From Catajapyx aquilonaris (Eukaryota), in contig JYFJ02001206.1 of the NCBI GenBank assembly GCA_000934665.2, forward strand, positions 1-64,000: a stretch of DNA of 64,000 nucleotides. Direction: 5' to 3'. A model generated the notes under the pieces. That model was not told where the DNA came from. It saw only the letters and a list, made by a program, of their open reading frames with translations, and did no database searches. Position 1 is the stretch's first letter, and each line of letters starts with the position of its first letter. Positions 51,501 through 62,598 of this stretch are shown here, piece after piece. Both the position numbers and the translations under genes were made by a program.

Positions 51501-51926
51501 GGCCCATACCTGCGAGACAATAATGTCGTTATATAACGACCACGGACAACGACGCTCCTGTGAACCCATCTCTACCTGAACATAGCCTGGAAACGTCCGT
51601 CGCTGTACACAAAATACTGCTTCTCGGCATAGTAATCAAAAGTAGTAATGTAACGAGCACTCAGCAGAGGACCAACTTCTTTACCACATCCTGTCACCTG
51701 AGTCACCATCGTCTTTGTCCCGACCAGCAACGACAATTGGGATATCTCACTATCCTCACACTGACCATCAGCGGACAATGCCGGACACTCATTACCTGAA
51801 ACAGAAGATGACTGCTGCAACCAAATTCCAACAACTATGACAAAAGAAGACCGTGTGAACCTCACCTTTTGTCCACAAAGCCACATACACAAGCTGTAAC
51901 AACAGAAGAACGTACAGGTTGGCCAT
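48503..51926 (-). CDS. Chimeric receptor X2: same propeller-EGF-mucin-CTLD-CTLD-TM-tail architecture
   Basis: 12 exons in frame from MANLYVLLLLQLVYVALWTK (51926-51866). Fused exon about 50663-50449 reads TTELFITSEPTTLVRNYSS. Tail ends QYTNYCPQQEV. Confidence 0.85.
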
Positions 51927-52690
51927 GCTGAAAAATCAGAAGAATGTACAAAATACACATTAGGACAATGTGGATAAAATGTGGATGTGGTCGCAATGTA
52001 CTGTACATGGAGGAATTTTTAGATGAGGAAAGAGTGGTCGAGCGTCTTTCCGTTCGGCCAGGAAATTCAACGGTTTTCTTCATGGTCCACAATCAGAAAA
52101 TACGCATAAGTTAAGTGACACAACAAATCAGCTAGGTCCTAACTCGTTGATAACTGATAAAAAATTAATGTGTGAAGACAATACTCACAATGCTTACGAC
52201 AGAAGTCCAAAGATGTCTGTTGACTTGTGTTTAGACGATATAGTAGTAAGGATATGAATTCATCGTCCCATGCACACAATTTTCACCCAGGATATCGAAC
52301 AATATTGAATGGATTAATCCGGTCAATATATAAGTACTCTTTCAATCAAGGTTTTCCACCTGGTGCGTGGCGTCGCCGTTTTCCGGCAGATGGGAAGTTG
52401 CATTTGATTACCACGTTTAAATATCAGCAAAGTTCCAATCGCGGACTAGGTATCTAAGGACTGTCCACTTCCCCTCTTACAGCATTGGGAGGGACACGGG
52501 GAGGTAATGCGGTACGGAACCACAGGCGGCGCGCTGATCGTGGCCCAAACCGAAGAGGAGCACTCCTCCATGGTGAGTTATTATTTAACACTGTGGACTT
52601 CAGAAATGGACAAAGAAATAATTAAGCGCGAGCGAAAATAATTTATTGGCATGTTCCACAATTGACAAGAATGACACTTTTGCAGGGAAG

Positions 52691-54968
52691 TCACCTGCGT
52701 CTCCCCAGACTGGTGGCGTCGTGATACATATACTTTTTAGAGGAACCAGAAGACTGCTGATAGGCCATGTTTCCGTAAACAGGCTCTTCCTCCTGTTGGG
52801 GACAGTAGTTGGCGTACTGCCCACAGACATCTCCAACAGACTGGTCCATGGAGATGGCCTCGTATACCTCGGCATAGTCGCCACTGACTATATCCGGAGA
52901 CCTGGATCCTCCAGGAGGTGCCACCAGGTTGGCCCTGCTGCTAGCATTCTCCTTGGTTAGACCTGGAAGAACAGCCACACCACCAACTGGAACATGGTTC
53001 TCATAGGTCACTGAAGCTTCTTCCTGATGGTCCTGACGACAACGCAGGTCGTCGTTGCTTCTGTTGGGTTGTTGTTGTTTGCCAATTTTGGTTTGACTGT
53101 ATCGGACCTCGCCCTTGTTGCGGCACTTCATGGTGTAGAAGTCCTCCACCGGGAGTCTCTCTCGGCGACGGCGGTGGCAGCACCACACTGTGATTCCAAT
53201 CTGAAGTTGAGGACACCACGTGTCGTTGTTGTGAGAAAATAATGGCTCATGACAACGACTGTAAAATTGGGTTCATGCTACCAACCACAAGAATGGCACG
53301 TTGGAGGTAGGAGCATTGTGTCAGAAGAGGTGCTTACCATCAGTAAGAGACAGACCACTGCTAGTGCCGTGATCAACGATATGTTGATGATGAAGCAAGG
53401 CCCAGACAAGAACGACGTATCTTGGTCTGCTAAACACAAATTGTTCAGTTTATGTAGGTAAGTGACACTTAACTAGATGACAAACCATGGTGGTGGTGAT
53501 CGTATGTCTCCTCATCGGTGTCCGTGTCAGAATCACCAGTACTTTCAGTAGTGGTTTCCACAGTTGAAACATTGGTGGTTGTAGCCTCAATAACTATCTT
53601 CTCGCATATGAATGGCCTTGAGTGAGAGCAAGGGTAGTCGTCAAATTGTCCTACAGACAACTGAACACAGTCTTCCTTTTGGCTCAGACCATTCGGCTCA
53701 CCTCTAGACCACCCCCTGTTTAATATCAAAAATTAATATCAAATTTTACCCTGCCCCACCTGTTCTAACATTAATGCCTACTGCCTACCCTAAGGAGTGA
53801 TGGTAAAAGAAGCCTAAGCAAGTACATACCGATATTAAAATGTAAACCGTTAGTAAGAAGCGATGCTGATACTTACAAAATGGTTTCATTCAGAAAATCC
53901 TGGTTAATCCACTTCCATTTGGTGGATTCGTGTCGTTCGAGTCCAACCCACCATTCTTGGCAATGGTCTGTGTTGATTGATATTACCTCTCGGAGCATAT
54001 CCTGTGAGTGAAATGCAGTGGTTTGTCATAACACTTGGTACTGTAATACTTGTCCAAAATAAAGTTTTGGCCAAACGTATCTTGTTGCTATGCGGTTGTA
54101 TAGCGCCAAGAGAGGTTTGCCCAAAATGGTGACATCCAGTGTTATACCGCTTCATTCTTGGAAGTGACAGTGGCCAGTGACGAACCTTCAGCCAGGCAGG
54201 TTTTGTACGCTTCATACCACGACTGTAGCCTAGTTGACGGCTTGTACAATACTGATCCATTAGTTCCTCCTGAATTCAATTACACCATGAGAATAGCATA
54301 TGGATTACAAAAATGGGGACTTACGTGATTGGCACATGTAGCATAGAACTGTCTGACACCTCCTGTCGTTGAGGCTTTGAGTAGACCGGAAAACCTCGCC
54401 ACAATCTTCATGGTAATTTCCATTGTTGGGTTGGCCCTCCCTCCAGTTGCTGAAGTATTATATTCGACTGTTGTACTATAAATGTCATGAAAATTGTCAG
54501 AGTTTATGACTCACGCTATACTATCATCCAGCTTCCTTCCGCTTGTCCATATCCACTGGCCCTCTACTTCAGGATCGGTCAATCCAATAGCCCATCCCAT
54601 AGTACCATTTGTTCTGGCAATCACTCTGATTATCCAGGACTGACAGGAATATTCATCAAACATCAAAATTTATAATTTAAATATTCAATTAAAATTTACT
54701 ACCTTCTCTTCTTCTGAATCAATTTCAAGCAGGTCACCTCCCCTTGACCTGCAATATTCCCTGGCCGATACCCACGTCATTTGATTCTCGTTGAATATGT
54801 ACCTTCCTGAGGAACCATGTCGTACCAGCCATTGTTCAGCATTCAACCTGTTTGCTGTTAACGTACCTGCAAACACCACATTTAGTCATACACTTTAGAA
54901 TTACAAGTGAATGTACAGTACATACCGATACTGAAGTATGCAAGTATGAGAACAGCCCAGCCTTTCAT
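52691..54968 (-). CDS. C-type lectin receptor L4: SP, 2 CTLDs (QPN, EPN), TM, long multi-Tyr tail; donor of the 3' half of X1/X2
   Basis: Own signal exon MKGWAVLILAYFSIG (54968-54926) and exon 2 at 54866-54703. Tail YSQT, YENH, YAEVYEAI, YANY, VYGNM, YMYHD. Confidence 0.87.
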
Positions 54969-55222
54969 TGTATTCACTTATTACTTGCTAGAAATGTCTG
55001 CACCAACTTTTCAGTGGGGAATTTAAGCGGAAATAGCAGGGGGCGATATTTCACCGCAGTTTTCCTTCTGACGTCACGCGGTTAGGAGTCTAACAGTCTA
55101 TTGATATAGCTGAGACTACAAAAGTGCACTAACACAAATAAATGCATACAATGTAGCTTTATTTTTCAACATATCCTCCTTGAAGCAATCTATGGTACAA
55201 TACATTAAAAATCGCAACCCCA

Positions 55223-57125
55223 TTAGAATCTTCTCCTGTCCAAAGTACTAGCGTCCTGATAGTAATAGACTTCTCCCAGATTGGGCTCGTATCCTACGTT
55301 GACCCTGAGAAGAGACAACCTCCCATCCTCCTGTTGTTGGTGGATGTTAGGCACCATGTAGCCTCCAGAAGTACTATTGCTGTATATGGAGCTGGTCGGT
55401 ACGTCGTAGTTTCCACTGACGACAAAGATACGTTCAGTCGACGACCCAGGTGTAGGTGTCCTGTGGCTCACACTCTGCTGGAAGGTTGCCACACTCGGTG
55501 GACGGACATTTGGGGTCGGAGGTTCCTCCAACTGTTGGTCCTGGTCGTTGATTTTGGTCAGAGAGCTAGTGTAGCTGAATTCGTCGTCTGCGTTACCGTA
55601 GGCGTAGAGCAGATTGTTGTCGAAGTAGTCCTCCGACGAACGCTGCTCTCGGTGCCGGTTGCCGTACCACTTTATGTCCAAAACCTGGAGAGCATTGCCC
55701 CTCATTGTATTGTTTACACGCTCCAGGAGGTAAAGAGACTGTAACAAACCTTTGTCACGATGCAAACGATGGTCAGAAGTGCGCTCGATATGATGATGAT
55801 AACGGTAGAATCGCCGATATGGTGATCTGCAACAGCTGAAATTATTGTAGATGAAGCACTCTTATTGTTAGAGTCCTGATATCTGTAAAAAATACAATAT
55901 GTCACTGTATGAAACATTCCCGACCTTCAGATTCTGCAAGTGTCCTCTTACAAATATAAGCGCCCCTAAAATGACAACCGGAGTCAATTACTTTCCCTTC
56001 ACGATCCAACCATGCGCAGTCTTCTCCCAACTTTCCACCAGGTTCTCTGGGTGCCCAAGTCCTGGTAATGAACAAAGGTAAGCAATAATGACGTATGCAA
56101 TGTAATGGCTTTCTGAGAAAGTGAATACTTGCAACAAGGAAGTGTCCAGCTCATGATTTATCCACCTCCATTTGTCACCCATCCTTTCCAGTCCTATCCA
56201 CCATGAGTTACAAAAGCTAGTGTCTTGTGATATCATATGTTGAAACAAGCCCTGCGCAAAGTGGATCCCTCGTTTCAACATAATACTCGTACAGTCAGGT
56301 CACTGAATACACCATTAATATTACCAATTCCAGCTGAGACGTGACCGTAGCCAGTGTCCAACCTTGTTCCTGGCATGCCTTCACCGAGTCGTACCAAGTC
56401 TTTCCTAGCGAATATTTCTCCTGTGAAGCGACGAAATTATTTTCTACAAAATAAACAGAAAACATTGAGGATCTCTCTATAAGACACACAGAGATACTGC
56501 ATACCTGTTTTACAAACAAAACACTTTCGACTATTACACGAAGAGTCCAATATCCTTGAATCTCTCCTTCGATACTCGACGCAATCTACAGGTCTGCCGT
56601 TGTCAGGCTGTCCGAACACCCATTGGCTGTAAAATTAGGAAACATCATCGTAACAAGGTGCCAACGATGCACCTGGTACTACCTTACAGTACTGTCGAAT
56701 CATAGGGTGTGCCATCTTCCCACACCCACCAGCCTTCTTCTTCCCAGTCACTTAGTCCTGTGGCCCAATACACATTATAACTTGCTATAGAACCTTTGAT
56801 AAATTCCTGTTGGGCCAAAATGTCAAGTCAAAAGGTCTTCAACTACATAATCTTTCAAAAATATCTTACCAGTTCTTCTGTCGAACGTATGTCTGTCAGG
56901 TGTCCGTTCTCTTTTTGACAGGCACGTCTAGCACTTCTTCGTGACACAGACACATTGCAAAACAGGTACGAATCGGAAGAATTGGGACGTCTGATCCAAT
57001 TGGCACAAGGTTGAAGGGCATCAAAAGTATCTGAATAGATTGCCAAAACAAGTACTAACGATTTGATCAAAATAATCAGGTACGTTACCTAGTACGAGTA
57101 TGAGCCAAACAATAAGCAGCTTCAT
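55223..57125 (-). CDS. C-type lectin receptor L5: SP, 2 CTLDs (QPD, EPG), TM, tail with YDVP/YMVP/YEPN/YYYQD
   Basis: MKLLIVWLILVLG signal exon; in-frame CTLD exons; tandem paralog of L6, including upstream sequence. Confidence 0.82.
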
Positions 57126-57644
57126 ATTATAATCGGTGAGTCACTGCTATATCACATCCGAACAACCTTACTAACTCGGCTCTAGTGCTTGACGATAATA
57201 TTCAGCAACGGAATAACCGCCACCGGAAAAATGGCCTTATCACACTTTTATATAAGACTTCCTTCCACGCATATTCTGACGCATCAGGTGCCAAAATGCA
57301 ATCAAAAATGGCAATGTTTACCACCAGAAGCTTGTGTGTAGTTTTATCCTGGCATGAAGCAACACACATCGCATCATGTACGCCACTGAAATGATGCTCA
57401 TAGTGGACAATACCAGCATCCATTATGGGTCCACTCTGCTTTCCTTCATATCGCTTGAGTATAAACTAAATAATAAGTAGTTCAACATCTATACAAATCA
57501 GATTTATTTTTTAACACACCGAAACAGTACGTAAGAAGCATTAATAAATTAAATATGATAACTTTAACTCACATTAGGCTAATTTACATGTCAACCATAT
57601 GGCAGCTACCTGTACACGCCATTGCATTGGTTTGTGTTGCCCCA

Positions 57645-59549
57645 TTAGAATCTTCTTCTGTCCAAACCACTAGCGTCTTGATAGTAATAGACTTCTCCTA
57701 GGTTTGGCTCATAACCAACGTTGACCCTGAGAGGAGAGTACCTCTCGTCCTCCTCCTGCTGGTGGTGGAAGTTGGGCACCACGTAGCCTCCCGCCGTACT
57801 GTTGCTGTAGATGGAGCTGGCTGGTACATCGTAGTCTCCACTGACTACAGCGAAGTTGCGTTCAGTCGACAACCCAGGGTTGGGTGCAGGAGGCCTGTGG
57901 GTCACACCTCGCTGGAAGGTGGCCACGCTCGGTGGACGAGGAGGGACCGTCGGCGGTTCCTCCGATTGTTGGGCCTCGCAACAATGGTCCCTGTCGCGGA
58001 TTCGGGTCCTGGAGCTGGTGTAGCTGAACTCGCCGTCTGCGTTACCGTAGGCGTAGCGAAGCTTGCTGGTGAAGTAGTCCTCCGACGAACGCTGCTCTCT
58101 GCGACGATGGCGGTACCACGTTATGGCCAGAACCTGGGGAGTACAGTCGACAATTGTTTACACGATCGAGGAGGTGAAGCGACTGGAACAAACCGTTGTC
58201 ACGATGCACAGTAAGGTCAGTAGTGTACTCAATATTATGACGACGATAGTGCAATAGTCAGGATGGTAATCTGCCACAGCTGAAAAATAGTTGATACAAT
58301 TAACTCTAATGTCGCCTTGTCAATTATGTTCTGGCATACTGAACCTGCATGTGTCCGTTTGCAAATGTACGGAGTGTCGTAACGACAACCGTAGTCGCCT
58401 ACCCTCCCATCAGTATTCAAAGATGCACAATCTTCTCTGTAGTTTCCACTAGGCTGTCCAGATCCCCACTGCCTGGTAATCAACATATGTAAGCAATTCA
58501 ACCGTACACAACATAATGTCCTTCTGAGAAAATGAATACTTGCAACAAAAAAGGGTCCAGCTCATCTAGATTCAACCACCTCCATTTGTCAGCCACTGTC
58601 CTCTCCAATCCTATCCACCATCTGTCACATGAGCTGTTGTCCTGCGATACCGTCTGTCGAAACAAACTCTGCACATATGTTTAGTGTTAACCCTTTGTTT
58701 CTACATATACAGATCACTAGAAACTTCACCAATATTACCAAGTCCTGCTGAGACGTGATCGTGGCCAGTGTCCAACCTCGATTTTGACATACCTTGGCCG
58801 AGTCATGCCAATTCTTCGCTTCTGAATTTATCTCCCGATCTTGTGAAGCGACAAAAAATGGCAGCCCATTAATTTCTACAAAATAAATAAAATACAGTGG
58901 ATTATTTCCATGACAGTGTGTGGGATGCAGCATACCTGTTCTACAAACAAAACACTTTCGACCAAAACATGAAAAGTCATTTAATCTTGAATCGCTTTTT
59001 CGATATTCAACGCAATCTATAGGCCTTCCGTTGTTCGGTTGTGAGTTATCCCATTGGCTGAAAAAAGGGAATGTCAGTATAACAGGGTATGGACAATGTA
59101 TCCGTTACTAACTTACAGTACTGTCGAATTAAAGGGTGTACCATCTTCCCACAACCATCGACCTTCTTCTTCCCAGTCACTCAGTCCAATTGCCCAGAAG
59201 CTCACATTATAATTTGATATACAACCTCTGATAAATCTCTATGGAGGAATATGAATGTTAATTTCAAGTAAGAACGTCTTCAACTGTATCTTACCAGTTC
59301 TTCACTAGAACGTATGTCTGTCAAGTATCCTTGTTCCTTTTGGCAATGACGTCTAGCACTTCCTATAGACACAGACACATTGCAAAACAGGTACGAATAT
59401 GAAGAATTGGGACGTCTGATCCAATTGGCACAAGGTTGGGCATCGAAAGTATCTGATTAAAAAATATCGCCATTACAAAATATAGCCAGATTGATCAAAG
59501 TAGTTACGTTACCTAGTAGGAGTATTAGTCCAACAATAAGCAGTTTCAT
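57645..59549 (-). CDS. C-type lectin receptor L6 (paralog of L5; QPN, QPS)
   Basis: MKLLIVGLILLG signal exon; same exon layout; tail GDYDVP...GGYVVP...EVYYYQDASGLDRRRF. Confidence 0.82.
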
Positions 59550-59993
59550 AGTCGGTGACTCACTGTTGTATGACACCCGAACAACCTCACTAACTCGACT
59601 CTAGTGCTGGCAGATAATATTCAGCAGCGGAATTCCCGTCACCGGAAAAAGGCTCTTATCACACTTACACGCATTTTGGTTTCCTTTCACGTACATTCTT
59701 ACACAACAACTCTAAACACAGTTGACATAATATTTTAAAAAATGGCAATCAAATTCATATACAAAAAATAACGACTGGTCGACTTTTTATGTATGAGTAG
59801 CATTACAATGGTTTACATGTAGTTTGAGCATACAGTTTTTGGGTATACTGTACACAAAATGGACACACAAAGTGACTCATGCTTATGACGGCATATCTGA
59901 AGTGATAAACACAACAGGGTGACTATATGAACATTTTGTCAACAGATGGCATGAACTGGGCCAAAAATCAGTCCACCAACCACTACATGACAA

Positions 59994-62007
59994 TCAAACA
60001 TTTCCCACAGGTTGGTAAATATTGTCATCCGATATCCGATTTTCAGGCTGGTAAGAAGTATGACCAGTTCGACGTTCCACAGGTACCACATCGTCATACT
60101 CGTTTTCGTCAGGTAGAGGCCTCGGGTCACGACGAGGCTGCTGTTGCTGGACAGGACGAGGAGGAGGCCCATACTCATTAGGTTGGATATGACTAGTAGG
60201 ATTGTTGCGATTTCGAACTGATCTATTTACAGCTTCAGTGGCTTCAGTCTTAGGAACAGGCGGAGGCATTTGATTAGGAACAGGCGGGGGCATTTGATTC
60301 AAGAAATTGTCTTCCACAGGCTTCCGATTTCGGGTCTTCTCTCGGTACCACATGTAGGACATACCCTGTTGAAAGTTATTTACATGATTATCGCCAAAAT
60401 TAGCCAAATGACTTATCGAGCATATGTGCCCAGTCAACTGATAGGACACCAATGATATAGATAATTACAATCAGTGCAGCCAGTGTGACGGTGAAAAAGA
60501 CTGCCAGGACGATAACGGCGTCATTGTTGCGGTCACTTCCTTGTGGAGGACACACTGGAGATGCAACAAGTAATTAGCACTAATGGTGTTGAAAGAGATG
60601 ATGCCACAGCAGCCTACCTGTTGATGTGGTAACACTGCTTGTTGTTGTGGTCGTCAAATTCGTTGTACTGGTCGGCACAGTAGTGACCGGAACTTTCGTC
60701 GTTGTTTCCGTTGTAATGGTGGTAGGGAGGTCATTAACCGTACAAATAAACGAGCCGAATTCACCACATGCAACAGTAGCCAAATATCTTCCGTTAAATT
60801 TGACACACATGCTGTCGTTGGCTGGAGGATTAATCCAATCTCTGTGTAGCACAAATAGTTGTGTCACATGTAATATCTACTAATAATAATGAGCACAACT
60901 AACATGATTGAAGAGTTGAATAAACTTCCGTCCATCCAGTGCCAATTTCCGTCCACAAAGGTCAGTCCAACCCACCACCAGGGGCCGAATGACTTGAACT
61001 CATAGCTTTCCAGAGTTTGGTTAATCGTGTCCTGTAGGTCATATTGGCATCAATTTAACACTGATCAACTATTCCAAGACAAATTAGTGGGTTGCCGGCA
61101 TATTAGAAAGGAGAGGTTGTAATCGACCAGGAAGTGATTGAGCGCCCTGTAATCACCGAGGTGATTATTACAGGGCAGGCAACTTATGATAACTGCTACA
61201 CAATGGGTTTCACAATGATATAGACAAAACAAAGTTCATAGGCATCATGTGACCAAAAAATCATTTAGAAAACACCAGGGTCCAGTTGCCAAAAGTTGGC
61301 AAAAGTAAAACTGGTTAGTGTGGTAAATGCAGCAGGGAGGGGAGCGACATCCGACGGCAAAGCGGTAAAGTGCAGAAGTAAGTGAGTCGCCACCAGGTCG
61401 CCACCGGCCAGGAGGCGCCGCCCTGAGAGCCGAGCGGCGAAAATGGGAATTCCGTGGACCCGGCTTTTTTGAGGTTTCTGGGGGTATTTTGCATTTGACA
61501 AAGTCCCTCCGCACTTTTTCCAAAAAGAAAAGTGGTTTGCAAATATAGAAAACGCGGGCTAAATTTTGAGACCCCTCCCAATAATGTAGGCCGTACGGTG
61601 CGGGAGGAGTTTCCACGATAGTCGTAGATTAACAATTGAAAGTGTAAATATCGATAGGCACTGTCTAAGAACATGGCTCCAGCTATTGTTCAGGACGACT
61701 TACTGACGAATCCCCAGTAGATGTGACTCACCTTCTCTTCTTCAGTCTTAATCAGCACCAAGTCGCCCCTTGTCAAGCAGTATCTTCTCGCCTCACCCCA
61801 CTGAAGCATTGTTGTGCAAAATTCATAGCTGTGGTTTGCTCCAGGGATCTCACTGCATGAATATGCCTCAGGAAGAGTGTCCCCTGAAACAAAGCCTCAT
61901 GTGGATTTGCAACAATCAAGTACATTCCACTTACCTGTTGCTATGAAGGTCCATAACAGCCCTGCAACCAGGAGATAAGTAGTTTTTGAGCAATAGTGAG
62001 GCAGCAT
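59994..62007 (-). CDS. Single-CTLD receptor L7: SP, CTLD, mucin, TM, Pro-rich tail with EYDDV and NIYQPV
   Basis: Signal exon 62007-61935 (MLPHYCSK...FIATG); WGEARRYC, WWWVGL, FICTV; TM VIVLAVFFTVTLAALI|GMSYMWY. Confidence 0.8.
61060..61690. mobile_element. Probable transposon-derived insertion enlarging an L7 intron
   Basis: ~700-bp intron with a GC-rich core where homologous introns are ~60-200 bp. No clean TIR or TSD identified. Confidence 0.35.
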
Positions 62008-62598
62008 TAGAGCATATGTGCGTCGAACCCGAGTTGGTAGAAATGTGAGCTTTAATGTGGTTCGTTATCTTGTCAGCTCTCTCACTTTTTCCTGGTAGTG
62101 ATAATGATTGGAGCAAGATAATTGCGACATTAGATTTCTGCAGGTAGTGATATACCTATGATTTCCTTTACATTGTAGAGAATGAACGTCCTTCAATTCT
62201 ATGGCTCCTCATGCTTAAAAGTGACCTTACTCTAAGCAGTCTAAGGTGTGCCAACTACTACAAAATGGTTTACCTGTTATCATTTCCATCTAAGGAATGT
62301 GGATTAGGCTGTAATCATTCGGTAGAAGGTTACTGATTACGTTTCATAAAAATATAATCTGCATTGTTGTCGGTTACTGTCTTGCCACAATTTCCTAGTA
62401 AGTGAATTATAAATAATTTTTATGTATGTTTGTACAGTGTTTTCTGGAGCTGATTGTTCATTTTTTTGACATGCAGTACCGTTATAATTATGCATATTAA
62501 CACATTTGTTTAGAGGAAATATGGTCATATGGGGGTTGATGTTACATTATGAGAATAATAACTTCCTGAAAAAACGATACAAAAGATTCATTTTTTCC

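Noticed and set aside
44316..51926. X1/X2 as a pure assembly artefact or haplotype duplicate
   Set aside because: Each copy has many private substitutions and indels relative to both parents and to each other, including different junction lengths. Long reads would still be the decisive test.
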